Source: Octopus vulgaris (lineage: Eukaryota). Taken from it: a DNA stretch of 64,000 nt. Of the stretch, positions 43,871 through 59,479 are shown piece by piece. Position numbers and translations under genes: made by a program. The first letter of the stretch is position 1. Each line of letters opens with the position of its first letter. The stretch spans positions 7,068,001 through 7,132,000 of the forward strand of contig OX597818.1 of the NCBI GenBank assembly GCA_951406725.2, written 5' to 3'. The notes below the pieces were generated by a model that was given only the letters and a program-made list of their open reading frames with translations, was not told the DNA's origin and ran no database searches.

Positions 43871-45487
43871 ACAAACATACATACATACATACATACATAC
43901 ATACATACATACATACATACTTACATACATACATACATACATATAAAAGGCGTCGATGTCAGGCACTTAAGCATATGAGTACTGCTCTTAATTTGTGTTG
44001 AATCTTATCCCCTAGGATATTTGCCATTAATACAAGTTTCGTAAAAAGTTGAAATGCCCTAACTACTCAAAATTCAGTGCAGACCAACCGTGACAGCTGA
44101 GAAAAATAGTTGTTATCCCCATAATCTATCAAAATCACAGACAATAGAGTCGAACCAATCAGCGAATTTCAATCCTGAGAAGTTCGTAAACAAGACGGAC
44201 CGCTCCTGCTGAAGTAACATTAAAATTTTAAAGGAAGTGTTAGTGGATTAAATCGACTATTACTTATTTCCTTGAATACAACATTGAAAGCTGATCTTGG
44301 CAGAATCTGAATTCAGAACGTAAAGTTAAAAAAATACAACTAAGTCGCGTCATTCGTTTCAAACGTTGGCATATATTGGCCAGCAATTTCGGTGGGGTTG
44401 GGATTAGTCGAATTAATCGACCCCATTGCTCAATGATTACCTATTCTATTAACCTGAAAAGATGAGAGAGAAAATTGAGCTTGACGACATTTGAACTCAC
44501 AGAGTAAAATATATACATATGGAATATATATGCATGAACACACATAAGTAGTAATAAACTATATACACTTGTGTTACATTTTGATAAGCACACCCACGTA
44601 TGCAAGTTTTACTACCGGAACTTAATTTATGGATATATCAACCATTTCAGGTAAATTCAAAAATTAAGATCTGTTTTGTACTAAACAAAAACATAGCTTA
44701 GCACTTTGGTAGTCGTTCACTTGAATTTTGCAAAGCATAAAGAATGGGGGCAAAAAAATCTAACAAAATACAAGCGCGCATGCATACACACACACTTATT
44801 GTGTGTTAGGAGTATCATTACGCCATTAATAATACATGCACAGGTTCAATTCCACTCTTTATTGTTAGTCAATTTGTTGAATATGTAAGCAACTAACTAA
44901 ATGATCGATTGTTAATGCGCTGGTGAAACAATCAATCGGTGATTTGCTAGTCAAAGTTCTTTCGCATCCTTTTCACTGATTTAGTGACCTCTCCTTCTGC
45001 TTCAAAGTCTGCTCTGAGTCTGAGAATTGGCCTTATGTCAATGTGTATGCAATGCTTGCATGTATATATAGAGATGATTTTGCTTTGAGGAGATAAGAGC
45101 GAGAGTAAACGAAGGGTTGTGATTGTACGCATGCACGTGCATGGGTCAGTGTGGTTATGTGTGTACACTTGTGTGATTGATTGTGCGTTTGTTAATGTAT
45201 GTGTGCACTAGCCATCCGTGACCTATGTAAGAGTTCGACCTTTTTTCTGAGTTTGTTTGTTCCCATAGCTGAGAAATATGCAACTAGTTATTGTCCGACG
45301 ACACGAACATAATGAGAGACTTCTCTCCCTTGTTAGTTCGCAGCGTCTACCTTTCCGGTTCCTGATGTTGAGGAGATAACTAGTCCCAAATCCACTCTCT
45401 CTCTTACTCTTCACACACAAACACACATACACACATACATACATACATACATACATACATACATACATACATACATACATACATACA

Positions 45488-45521
<34 letters not shown>

Positions 45522-45522
45522 C

Positions 45523-45557
<35 letters not shown>

Positions 45558-45604
45558 GATATATGAGAGAGAGTGTGTGTGTATTTATAAATGTATACAT
45601 ATAA

Positions 45605-45926
45605 GGAGTACACTCCTTTGGTTACGACGGCGAAGGTCCCAGCTGATTCGATCAACGGAACAGCCTGCTCATGAAATTAATGTGCAAGTGCTTGAGCACT
45701 CCACGGACGCGTGTACCCTTAATGCAGTTCTCAGGGAGATTCAGAGAGATACAGACTGTGACAAGACTGACCCTTTGCGATATATGTACAACTCATTTTT
45801 GCCAGCTGAGTGAACTGGAGCAACGTGAAATAAAGTGCTTCCTTAAGGACACAAAGCGTCGCCGGGAATTGAACTCATGACCTTCCAATCGTGAGCCGAA
45901 TGTCCCAACCACTAAGCCACACGCCT
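45605..45926 (-). mobile_element. tRNA-derived SINE
   Basis: Minus-strand A box TGGCTTAGTGG (45909-45919) and B box GAGTTCAATTCCC (45864-45876). Confidence 0.75.
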
Positions 45927-46468
45927 TCACATTATATATGTTTGTGTGTGTGTGTGTGTGTATAGATATATATATATATATGCATGTATGTATGTATGTA
46001 TGTATGTATGTATGTATGTATGTATGTATGTATGTATGTATACAGACACACATCCATACACATATGTAGGTTAATTGAAATATGTTTGTAACATATTTCA
46101 ACAAATAAAAGGCAAATATACTGCATTTACGATGGAGAATATATCTCTCTTATGGTAAAAAGGTGTAAAATCAACTGGTTCGTTGAGTGTCGCCGTCTAT
46201 TAGAAATCCCAGACATAAATGTTTCAAGCATTGTGGCTCTTCTCGCTGAGATGTAGCTAAGAGAGGCAACACTAAACAAACTTATAAAGTAGTAGTTCTA
46301 TGTATTATTCAGTCAACAACGTTGAGTGGTTTGCGCTACTAGATCGCCCGTTCGAGGAAAATAACGAAATGTTAGTACCAAGCAGGGCTTAGGCATGTGC
46401 AAAATTTAGGTTAGAGGAAATGTTTGTGATATATTACAACTACTAAGACAAATATATGTTTATATATC

Positions 46469-46528
<60 letters not shown>

Positions 46529-48239
46529 TGTACGTGTGTGTGTGTGTGTGTATGTGTGTGTAACTTGTTAATTACTTTAAAACAGCTTTAATCGAATGAT
46601 CGTGTGATTCGAACCGATGGGAAGGATGGATTAATCGATGTTTCTCTTTTTTTTTTATAGTCACACACACACACCCATACACGCATACACATATTTCTGT
46701 ACACTCTCTCACGAAAACAATGCCACATGAACAAAAATAATTAAGCAAACGGAACTGCTTTATGGTCACATTCATGAGTGTCTGCATGTGTGTGTTATAT
46801 GAAGCCGGTATGGTGAAAATACCTGAGCATATATTTGATAGCTTTGCATCTTTTATATTTTCTATTTGTTGGTTTACTGTGCATACTTTGAAGTATCCCC
46901 GTTCATAGTTTAGCGATTCATAGTTATAATTCTTTCTGTTGTTTTTATTTGATGTTGCCATTTTATTGGAAGTTGGTTCAAAATATGCTTGAACTGGGAG
47001 AGGAACATATAAATGTTGACAGGGAGAGAGGACCTGAGATTTAACATGTGCTTTTTTTGTGTGTGTGCTCGTGTAGGAACCTCTCTGTATTCATGAATTC
47101 GTGTATCTGTGAATTCTCAGAGTTCATAAATGTCAATTAATGCGATATCTACATATATGTTTACGTGTGTTTGTGTGTGCTTATATGTGTTTGTATGTCT
47201 GTATGTGTGTGTGTGTGTGTGTGTGGGTGTGGGTGTGTGTGTATTGTAAAATGTACAGAAGCCAGACAATACAGACCCAAATAAACATAATGAGAGGCAA
47301 AATGACAAATTTGTGAAATGAGACAACGGTGTGGAAGAGATGAGTTTCGTTAGGCAAAAGAAATTAGGAGTGACAGGAAAATACAGTGAGACATTCGTAG
47401 AAACGTGAAGCCTATTTATGACCGCTGAAAAGACGCACACGTATACGTACAACACGCAAATTCACACGCATAGACGCGCACAAAAAATTGTGTTCGAATG
47501 TATCTATGTATATACGTATATATAAGTTTAAACATGTATTTATATGTATACATCTGTGCACGTATGTGTGTTTATGTATATATTAATATGTATGTATATA
47601 TGTATGTAGGTAAATGTGTATACGTATATGTATGTATTTATATGTGTATGTGCGTGCGTGTGTATACACGATTACTATTGCAACACCGTGGTTTCAATTC
47701 CAAGACCGGATGGTGCTTTATGATCTTGAGCAAAAACTTCATCTCACGTTGCTCTACGATCATTTCGACACTTGTCACATGGCACACCAAGCACCCGTTC
47801 AGGCAACGTCAATTTGAGGGAGGGAGACAGCTAATGTACAGCACATATATTTGATCACTACAAACTAATCATTTGTGCAGGTCTTTCGGTAAAAAAGCTG
47901 AACATTCATACATCTTCTTCGACGGGAGTGTCCATCGTGTAAATTCTTCCGACGCATTGCCACTCACTGACGGTGTTAAAAATTTACTCGCTCACACCTA
48001 TGCTGTTCAGCAAGATGCAATGACGACGAAACCAGTACCAGGATCAGATTCAGGGCTGAATCAAGATCAGATTCAATGACAACGAAACCAGCATCATGAT
48101 TAGGTTCAATACTCTTCAACCTCCAGATGCTACAGTCCGAGACCTAGTGGGGAAGAGTGATCAGTGTGTGAGTTGCTGCTCGCAGACGACTGTGCACTCA
48201 ACGCCACCACAGTGACCCAGATGTAGCAGAGTATGAACT

Positions 48240-48540
48240 GCTTTTCCACTGCTTGTAACAAAATTGGCTTCACAACAGTACTCAGAAGAAAGAGGTAGCC
48301 TACATGTCCATAGAAGCCGTATGTGGAACCAATTATCACCGTCGATAGGGAAAACCTAAAAGTTGTTGATAAGTTCACATACCTCAGCAATACACTGTCT
48401 AAATCTGTGAACATTGACGGTGAAGTCGGCACACACATCAAAACTCAGCGGCTACGTGAATCAATGTGAGAGATGTGAGGCATTAGGCTGGTCACCAAGC
48501 TGAAGATGTACAAAGCAGTTGTACTGCCTAAGCTGCGAGA
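48240..48540 (+). mobile_element. RTE-clade LINE RT C-terminal fragment
   Basis: LKVVDKFTYLSNTLSKSVNIDGEV...GIRLVTKLKMYKAVVL. Homologous to 61815-62000. Confidence 0.7.
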
Positions 48541-50618
48541 CTTTGACCCGTTCTCGAATGTTCTTAGACATGGAAATATGTGTCCTGTTTTATTCTAGAT
48601 ATATTTCCTTTGTAAATCCATTTTCCACAAAGAAAGGTATCGATATTGTAGGCATTGAACATTATACTGTTCAATGCTGCAATCAAGTTAGACACACCAT
48701 TGATCCAGATTATAAAACTCTTCAGAATTTAGTTGAAGAATTGTAGAAGATTGTGTTGGACACTACGTTCCAGGGCCTAAATTAGGTAAAAAAGTTTTAT
48801 TATTTATTATTTACTCCATATGATTTGAAGATGTGATGTGACTCGGGTCTGAAAATCTCTGACTACTTAGTGTCACCGATACGAATCCGTGTGATGGCTT
48901 CTTTCGATACAACTTGTAGTCACCGTGGTGTACATCCAGGTGACAAGCAAAGTTGGATTTGCTGGACTACTTTTCATATATCCTGAACTTTAAACGAGAT
49001 TATATCGTGATTGCTTAGTCATTCGATTGTTCTGTGATTTTAAGTGTCGCCTACGACCGCAAAAAATTATTGCCAGCTATAATATATCAGGACGTTCGAT
49101 GTTTGCCCTTTCCTCTGTGAGTGTGTGGAGAGATATGTTTCATACTGCTCATTCGGCAGATAGAAAATGCATGAAGGATCGCTCGATTAAACAAATTTGA
49201 TATTGAAAAGAACCAGTATTATTTTAATATATTATCTGAATGTCTATATTTTTGAAGCTCTTTGTCATGTCGTATGTGCGTAAATATACACAGTCACAAG
49301 CACCCAGATATCTACATACATGCGTATGCGGTATAATTTTAAACAAAGGAGAAAAAACAAAGATGTACAATCGAAAAGTCTTCCTTAAAATCAGGGGTAA
49401 TAGTGATACGAATTAAAAATACTCAATCGACTCATAAGCTTCTTAATAATGGTCTTTTGTAAGGCGAGGAGCTGGCAAAATCGTTAGCACGTCGGGTGAA
49501 ATGCTTTGCGATATTTCGTCTGCCGCTATGTTCTGAGTTCATATTATGCCGAGGTCGACTTTGGCTTTCACTCTTTCGGGGTCGATGAAATATGTACTAG
49601 TTACGCACTGGGATCGATATAATTGACTAGCCACCTTCCTCCCAAAATTTTCAAGACCTTGTGCCTCGAGTAGAAATAATAATAGGCTTTTGTGCTCAAC
49701 TTCATCAATACGGAACCTAACAGCCGAAATGTGTGTGTGTGAGCACGCCCACGTGCACGCTCGCTTACAAGGAAAGTCACACAGTTACATATATTCTTTT
49801 CTACTCAAGGCACAAGGTCCGACATTTTGGGGGAGGGGGACCAGTCGATTAGATCCACCTCAGTTACGTAAAGACACGAAATATTTATTTCTTTACTACC
49901 CACAAGGGGCTAAACACAGAGAGGATAAACAAGGACAGACAAATAGATTAAGTCGATTACATCGACCCCAGTGCGTAACTGGTACTTAATTTATCGACAC
50001 CGAAAGGATGAAAGGCAAAGTCGACCTCGGCGGAATTTGAACTCATAACGTAACGGCAGACGAAATACGGCTACGCATTTCGCCCGGTGTGCTAACGTGT
50101 CTGCCTACGCACGCACATATATCGTACACATAACTACTCATACATGAACTCACATATAGTAATATAAGGAGGACCATAATCACATAATTACACTACACTG
50201 CATTAACCTATACGCATATTAATGACACAGAAACATATTATCATGAAGAGAGATGCCATATTTCAAGACCTATCCTATTTAACACGGTTCCATAGCAAAA
50301 CATCAAAAAGTCAGACATACTCACAGATACACACGCGCGAGCAAACACTAAAATAGAGATGCTTCAACAAACCATGTACTTTGTACCGATAATTTTAGCT
50401 AGATACAACAATGCGGTAATCAAACCCCAGTCGTTCTAACACAGCATACGTGTACGGGCGCATACACAAGATATAAATGATATTACACTCCCACACATGT
50501 CGACATTTAGATACACCACATGAACGACAAGACGTGTACGCGTTTATTCGACAGTGGCGCAATAGTCCGATTTGCGCAAACACACACACACGCACACACA
50601 CATGTATGGACATGTGTA

Positions 50619-50679
<61 letters not shown>

Positions 50680-51352
50680 CTTTATCTATCTATCTACCTA
50701 TCTATCTATATATCTATATATCTGTTTGTCTGTCAGTCTATCTATCTATACATATATATACACATATATATGTGTGTGTGCGTGTGTGCGTACGTGCGTA
50801 TGTATACACTCGTTTACACACACCGACAAGAGACCAAAAATGAAAGAAATGTCCTAAAGAAGGAAGGCATAAAGTACAAAGAAAAGATTGTTCACATCAT
50901 ACAATTAGAATAATCGAGAGAAATATGGAGAAAGTGAGAGAAACAAAAGCAGAGAGAGAAAGAGAGAGAGGGGGGAGAGGAAAGACAGAGATAAAGTGAC
51001 CGAGTGAGGGACTTTAATAATTGTAATAATACCAACTAGAACGAAAAAGCTTCTATTAGCTGCTGAGACGCGGGTGGAGGTAGCAAAGATATTTGATTGG
51101 CTACATGAGAAGATGAAAGGAAACAAAAAGAGTGAGAGCCGACGATTAGATCAGAGGAATTGTTAAGAAATTATGACAAACGAAGAGAAACATTTTGATG
51201 TAGTAAGTGTTGAGGTGTCGGATGGGATATTGGACAGAAAAACACATCTAGACTGTGTATGTAGTGGCATTCATAAAAAACAAAAACTATAAAAGAATAT
51301 TATTAAAACTCATGAAACAATTATTATGAGACTGTCCTCGGATATGAATATT

Positions 51353-51390
<38 letters not shown>

Positions 51391-51466
51391 CACACACACA
51401 CACATATTGTTAGATAAGTATCTGTGTATGTGGAGTATAGTCATATGTATATGTGTGTATATACAT

Positions 51467-51497
<31 letters not shown>

Positions 51498-53749
51498 CAT
51501 CCATATACATACACACATGCAAATATGTACGTATGTGTCTGTGTGTGTCCGTGTGTGTATGCGTGTGTCTGCATATAAACACATCATACATAATTACTTG
51601 TATATTCGCATACATGCATATGTAAAAATTGGCGTAGCACTAAAATAAGTGAACACGAGAGATGAAATAAACTGAAGCCATACAATTAGTTCCCTTGTAA
51701 TTTTTTTTCATGCGTTCCTCAAAGAGAAGGGTCTCTTTTGTAATGTTTTACATTAATTGAACAGAAGAGGGGTAATGTAGTGTTATTCGATAATAGGGCT
51801 TATATTAATTAACGTGTGAGTAGTTAACTGACCGTAGGCATTAGCCTCTTCTCTGAAGTGAACTTAGTATAACATCATTATTATAGGTCATAAATTGTAC
51901 AACACTCACAGAATTACATATATCTATGTATACATGCGTGTATCTTATGGCTTCTACTTGTTTCAGTCATTAGACTGCGGCCATGCTGAAGAATTATTTG
52001 TCGAATGTATTGATCCCAGTCCTTTTTTAAAGCCTAGTTCTTAGTCTAACGTTAACTTTTGCCGAACCGTTAAGTTTTGGGGACGTAATCACAGAAACAC
52101 CAGTTGTGATGAAGTGGTGGGGGACAAGCAGAGACACAGACACACACTTACACGCACAAAAAACTCCTCCCTGTGTCTCTCTCTCACCCACCCACCCATC
52201 GGACAATGTTAACACCAAAAATTATTTACATCAAAAAGGTGTTTTTTTTCTATGAAAATCCCTATTTTCTACGATTTTTGACCGCTGTGTCACCATTTTT
52301 CGGAGTATTTCAACTGGAAAAATGTTCACTTGAAGAGAATAAGAAGTTGCATAATGCAAAATTTTTACTTTTCAAAAATTCCAATTCTAAAGGGTCGAAA
52401 CAAACCCAAGCAACACTGGATGAAACTGCTAGTGGCTTATAAATACCTTCCACGCTGCAATTGTTTTCGTTCCAGCACACGATCTCAGATCAGGTCACTT
52501 GATATGCAAGTACATCTCCGTAATATTTTATATCGTTATAATTTAAATTCTAAATCGTTATAATTTTCATAACATTGTTACACTATGTTAAATTCTTTTC
52601 AGACTGTAAGCTCTAAAACGGATGTAGACTAGGAAATGTTTTTGTTAATTCTGATGATATATCATAGGAAAACTACATCGTTTTCTTGTTCCCACATTTC
52701 CCAGATCAAATTTTCTTTGTCGTGCTCTCTCATTGCGCTTGATTCCTTTTACTAAGGTATTCTTGTTATTTAATGCATGGTCATCGTGCGTGTTATCTCT
52801 CTGCGTTTCTTTTGTCTTTGTGTTTTTGTGCATAATGAGTTTATTTACCCCGTCCGTATTGTCTCTTCATAACTGTTGGCTTTTACTTGATTACCATATT
52901 GAAACTGTGCCTTAGTGCTCAGTGTTGACTCCACTGATCCGTTCGTTCTGCTCATTCTAATTACCCTTACCTATTATTTTCTCTTAGTTTGCCTGCATCC
53001 TCTTATTTTCCATCTGTTTGCCTGCAAGTCCTCTAATTCATTTCACTGCAATGGCTTTCAAATATGAAGTGCAAAGAAATATTTAGAAGGGTAAAAATAT
53101 CAAGTTTATGAAGAAACTAAAATACCTTCACCCCTGTCTTTGTCTTGTCTACTGTCACTAAAAACTAAAATTAATGATAAAATAATTTTCCTTTTCAAAA
53201 ACGCTTCTGGTGATAAGATACATTTCATTCATTATTTTGTGTTATAATTTTCTGTAGCAGCGAAAGACGTTGCTCTTCAAAAAAACACAGCCGTGAACCA
53301 AAAGCACGATGACGAGAAATTAGTCTTTTTACCATTTTGGTATATAATTATGTATTTACATATACTATTCTTTCATTAGGTGATATAATCCCCGGAACTG
53401 TTTTGTCTCCGTCCAGTGCGAGTTCGTTGCTACCAGGGTCCGCCCACCGATATATCCAAGAAAACTCACAAGCAACAAAACTTAATTATTTGTATTAAAT
53501 TTTGTAAATCTGAAGCTGATATATATACCGTGGTAGTGGTTGATCGTATTGAGTAAAATGTCTAATACCGTAATACGCAGTTGTAATCTGTTCTTTTGAG
53601 GAAGATGTAGTCGCTCGCTTTATTCGTAGAATCCTACACAAGAAAAATATTTATTTTCCACCTATCTTGTCACTTCATTTCCGTACACACTAGTATTTTC
53701 GATTGATCATGTTTGTTACGGTGGCTTGTAGTTTACAAATTCCTTGCAC

Positions 53750-55800
53750 GTCTTTATATTCAACACTACTTCTCGTTTTATCATTATTATTATTAATTCT
53801 TTTAACCTCCCCTTTGCTGCATTACACAAAATCTCCAAGTTCTTCAGGCGCTCTTCGTCTCGTGGGCAATTGGAGAATTTGTTTCTCGTCTTTGCTGCTT
53901 TCCACACACCTATACAGGCAACTTTTTAATATTTCGTAGACGTTACAAACCTGAGCAGTTAAATAACCAAAGTCCTTCCCGTCTATCTTCCGTTCAAATT
54001 AAATCTCCTCATAAACAACTTCCTGTCGGTGCTGGTTACTTTACCCACACATTATGCAACAATTAAAAAAAAGAATTTATGATCTGGGTGAATATTACAT
54101 ATCCCTACTGATTCATGTTGTGTAAATACAGATATTCAAAGGGTTTACCTATTAACATGTGGGATGTTTACTGTGTCCCCATAAAAATGTTATAGTCATA
54201 AATGCATAAAAAGTGTTTTCGTCGTCTCATGTATCATCAGGTTTCTCCCATTTTAAGGTATGTAGAGAAGAACGAATAACATATTCGTTCGAGATGTGCA
54301 TCATCAAATACAGTGTCTACCTTGCTAAATTTGCATTACATGACTTTTGAGAGGATAGATAATTCTAATGGACATCGTTTCTTTTTACTGGACTGTGTTT
54401 CAGAAATCCGTAACAATCCTAGCCACTTCCAAGTATAGATGGAATACAGTGCAAATTGTATACGCCAGAACTTTAGCTTCCCTACATACAAAGCTTGTCA
54501 ATGCTTCAATGAGAATCATTTGCCATTTTCCAGATACTGGTTTTTTCTTTGTAAGGACAAGTGTTCCATAGCATCGTGTATCCAGCATCTTCGCAACCTT
54601 TTCCACTTACGTAAGTATGACCAGTTTTGAATTCCTATATTTCACTTCTTTCTGACTAATTTGACGTGATTATGCTATGCGGTATCCTTTACTTAAAACC
54701 CGACTTTCCAATTTATCAACTACTCCTGCCTGCATAGGCTTTCTCCCTCACACCATTTGGTACTTGCTCTTTCCTAGCATTGTTATATCATCTATAAAAT
54801 CATCTGTTTTTGGAACATGGATCTTCATTGAGTGACCGTGAAGCCATGTACTTATTAAAATGATTTTAAATCAAAATATAAATCAAATGATAGAAATTTT
54901 GACCCTGTTGCGATTCATAACTCCAAACTATGCCCAGAACAACCCAAAGAGTTTCTTTGGAAACAAAATCTGAATGCATTTGCAAACACATAACTGCGAG
55001 ATCATTCCCCCGACTCTTTTATAAAGTCTGTATGGCCATAGATGAATGTTCTATGAAATCTGATGCACATAGGATTTCTACTTTGTACTCCTGTAATCTG
55101 TCTGAATTGACCAAGAGTTGATGAATTGTCATCTTTGAGGAGATGGTGCCTATAGCTGCTTTCCATTTATTCAAAATCATCTCGCTCTCGTTTTCCAAAC
55201 AATCAGGAATAGTTTGTTGATTAGATGGGAAAGATTCTTGTAGAATATTTACAACACCTTATCACTATATGGTAATGCCTTTTGATAAAGTAATGTATTT
55301 CTTTCATTCAATCTTGTTTATTGTCAAATTTTAATTAGGGTGCTGTTGAGTTTGGTATTCTGCCTTGGTGTATATTACTGTCTCGAAAAATATCATTATA
55401 TTTAAAATATCATATATTTCAAAAGTGTTTCAACAGGTCGTCATTGCTGTATATCAATTTGACTATTCTGCTCTCAAACTATTTACTTACTTGTTTATTT
55501 GTTTAGTGAACATCTGCGGAACTGAAGCTTTTTCCTTCATATCTCAGTTTGAACAAGCCTCCAGAGACACTCCTCAATATCACAATGCCGAAATTTCAAA
55601 GGTTACTTTTCTTGCCTTAGTCCCCTACTCTGTTAAGACTTCTCATTCGAACTTTTTCTGAACAGGGACTCGTCCTACTATTACTTTTTCAGAGTTCATC
55701 TTACGACCTCTTCATAGTAGGACAAGCATTTCCTCATCTCTATAATAGAAGATATCGCCGGTTACCTAGAACTCTTGTTCTACCAACAATCCCTCTTTAT
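53750..55800 (-). mobile_element. Highly decayed non-LTR retrotransposon RT remnant, possibly HERO/NeSL-like
   Basis: Only scattered minus-strand fragments (QFRQIT, NDLAVM..ANAF); no intact ORF. Boundaries are approximate. Confidence 0.35.
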
Positions 55801-58129
55801 ATAAACTTCATCTCCAGTTTTCATTCGCTTTACGTTTTACATCATATACTTCTTACTCTCCTGCACTGACTTAATCTTTAATGGAGTGTTGTACATACTT
55901 TTGTATTTGACCTCCCAGATACACTCAATACTTATTTTCTGACGAACAATGCAATTCTGCATACAGACAGACACGTGGTCCCTGATATTTTGTACCATTT
56001 CATTGATGTTGCTATTATAAATGAGAAAAATTTTCATTTATTTAGGAATAATACCAAAGAATATTTTCCCATATATCTGCTAATATATAAGAAATTTTGA
56101 GATCATGAAATATTCCTTATCGTGAATAAAGATTACATTGACGCTTATCACTTGCTAATTTGTTTATGTATGAGGAAGTTTGGCAATAATATTTCAGTGA
56201 AATGTTATGTTAATATAATTGATAAAATTTTTATAAAAAATATTTCATTTGACATTCATCGTCTGTAGCAAATATTAAAAAGAAATACACCAGCATATTC
56301 GCGTTTTGAGATCACTTACAGGACTTATAAAAATACCAACTAAGTCTCCGTCAAATCATTCAGTGTGGCACATCATAATGAGGATAAAACATACTTGACT
56401 GCAATAGTGATAATAGATATGTCATCTAGGTGGTTGTAGATATTGCACTATTTATATTTAATAAGTTTGCAAAATAAGAAATAAGATAATTTGAAATGAA
56501 AATTTTTTCATAAAACAGTATTAAAAGATTATTTATCAAGCTTTTTCTGAGAAAGACAGCCTAAATTTCAGTAATTTACCCAAATAAAAACCGTCTTATA
56601 TAACATTATTTCCCTGAAAACAGCGGTAAAGTTAATAAATTTGTAATTCTTTGAAAGACATTCTGTATTGAAACGGAACATATCCTCTATTAAAGGTATC
56701 AATTCTTATAGAAAACAATTCTAATCTAAAACCTCACCAACTTGCCGTCAGCGTACCCCGGTATCCAACTGGTATTAAGCAATTTCAGGCATGTCTAAAA
56801 AACGCAACAAACAAACGATCCTAATTTTTTCCAGTTAATATCGATTAATCCTAATGACTTTTGTTAATCACTTACGGAAACAATCTCTGCAACACTACTG
56901 CAAGCACAACTAGAGACTCTTCGTAAAATCATTTCCGTTGCAGTATTTTCGGCTTCGTTGTTTCAATCAAGATCAACGCAAGCATCCTACGAAACCGCTC
57001 CCAGGTACATTTCTATTACTCAACCACAGCAACTAATGTACTTTAATTTTCTCAAGTAGATATTTGGCAACGTGAAGCTTTTGTTCAATCAATTTGCTCC
57101 ACTTCTTTCGATTTGTTTCATTATAACCACACCTGCAGTTATGATTTTTTATGCCATACAAAGTATAATGAAAATTCAAAACTACAGCTTGTTAGAAGCA
57201 AAGAATATATACTTTTAACAGAAGGGTTTTGTAATTAGGAAAACGTTCAAGAGTGCTTTGAGAAACATGAAGTTGCTGAATGTCATCAGGATTCTATTGA
57301 AGTGGAAAAGATTTCTAAATGTAGTAATGTTGGAGCATGGTTGTATGAAACTGCAAGCAAATGCATAAATAAAAAACAAAAATACATAATACAAGATACT
57401 GAAGGCTTGTACTTCCTTTTCTGACCAGAAATATCCATGAAATGGATATGCTAGATGATGAAGAATCCTCTAGCTTATATAATATATTTCTAATACGGAG
57501 ATTAGTGATTCCAATCTTGGAGAATGGTTCATTAAATCTAGTACCAAAAAATACATGGTCAGTACATATAAAAGTATATATTGGTGTATCTATCATTATG
57601 AGACGTGAAATAGACAAACCATTTTCTATAAGCGCAGGTGAATATAATTATGTATGCACTAAATCACTAAATGTAAATCCAACAACCTTTGCTATATATT
57701 CATTGGATCGAAATACTATTTGTACACGACAACGAATTCCTGTATTTTTATTGCATGTTAGGTGTTAGCGTATCAACAATATTTTCATTTGCCACAGACT
57801 CGTTCATAAAGCCGGAATACATTTATACAAAAGAAGATAAATGTAACCTGAAGTAACGAATGATTTTCTTGGGAAAGTTAAACGAGGACTTAAATAACAC
57901 TTAATTAAAATGCGCATGAAAGAAGTTAGACTGCCATGGCAGATACTGCCATATGTGATGGCTAGCAGTTAAAATTTTCTTATTTTAATTATGTATTTAG
58001 GAAGACGGAGATCTTCAATGCCAATTTTGGAAAAAACGCATACACACAAATATATTTTCAAAAATTTATACATACAAATAGATAGATGGTTACATATATA
58101 CATAGATACACATGTTACTTATAACGGAG

Positions 58130-59470
58130 ACGAGTAGGTTTGTGCTGCATCCAAGAAGTATTGTGGAGAGGAAGTTCTGTTAGGTTCCTCACGAGCAAAA
58201 AAATATAGGTATAAAATTTCCTGGGTAGGGAACACTGATGGGGTTAGGGCGTGGGTGTACTCCTAGCGGAGAAATGGAGTGATAAGGTAATCGAGGTAGT
58301 CAAAGTCTATGATAGTATACTTAAGCTTATACTAGAGTTGCAGCATCGATTAGCAATATTATTTCGACCTATGCCCCTCAGACAGGGCTACCTGCTGAAT
58401 AGAAAGACCGATTTTATGACACGCTTTTGCAGACTACCTCGTCGACGAATGACAGGGACCTCCACCTTGTGGATAACGACTTCAACGGGCATGTTGGACA
58501 ACATCCAAGGAGCTTTCATGGTGTACATGGTGGCAAAAGATTTGGTTCCCGCAATGAGGGAGGAACCAGGCTGCCGAAATGTTGTGATGCAAATGATCTT
58601 ATGATCTATAAAACTAACTTCAGGAAACCTGCCAGTCACCTGTTCACCTGCTAGTCTGGTGGGCACACTAGTCAGAATGACTATATTCTCGCCAAGAAAC
58701 GGGAAAGACGACTACTTATTTATGCCAAAACTCTACCGGGTGACGAATGCACACCACAACATAGTAGTTATCGACTTCAGGATTAGGACTAAATGGCTGC
58801 CAGAAGACGACCAGCATGGAAAAGAAGGGTCTGGAAATTTAAGGATCCTCTGAATGGACAGTACTTTGGTAGATAAATAACTTCAGGGTTTGAAGACAGG
58901 GAAAGCTCCCGGCTCATCAAGAATCACTGCTGAGATGCTTAAAATAGCTGGTAGTGTAGGCTATAGTCTAGTCACCCGTATAGGGGATACATGAACGAGT
59001 CATACACAATGACTGGTGTAGCAGCACCATAGTCAACTGCTACAAAGCTAAAAGTGACACATTAGATAGGAATAATTACAGAGGTATCAAATTGTTGGAT
59101 TAGGTGACGAAAGTCACAAAGGTCATAGACCAACTAATTAGAGAGAGAGAGAGAGAGAGTGTTTAGACAAGATGCAGTTTGGATTTGTGCCAGGGAGACA
59201 GCTACAGGAGAAATTCCTAGACAAAGATAATCTTCTGTACTTGGCTTTCGTTGACATGGGGAAAGCCTTTGACAGAGTCTCCCGACGGAAACTAGGGACA
59301 GATGAGTGGTTGGTGAACTGTACAACGCATATACAGGGATGTTGTCAGTACGGTGAGGATTAGCAACGAGTACAGTGAAGAATTCCGGGTAGAAATAGGG
59401 GTTCACCAAGGATCAGTCCTTACCCACCTCTTTTTCATCATAGTCCTCCCATCAATAACATAGGAATTCA
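58130..59470 (+). mobile_element. RTE-clade (BovB-like) LINE remnant: AP endonuclease + RT
   Basis: CIQEV, GVLLAEKW.DKVIEV, DFNGHVG, FGSRNEGG, TNFRK, NYRGIKLL, QFGFVPGR, AFVDMGKAFDRV, HQGSVL, with many frameshifts. Confidence 0.85.
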
Positions 59471-59479
59471 AGATAGCTG

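Noticed and set aside
57315-57768. Overlapping ~100-aa ORFs in complex sequence
   Set aside because: No motif I can identify with confidence; a homology search is needed.
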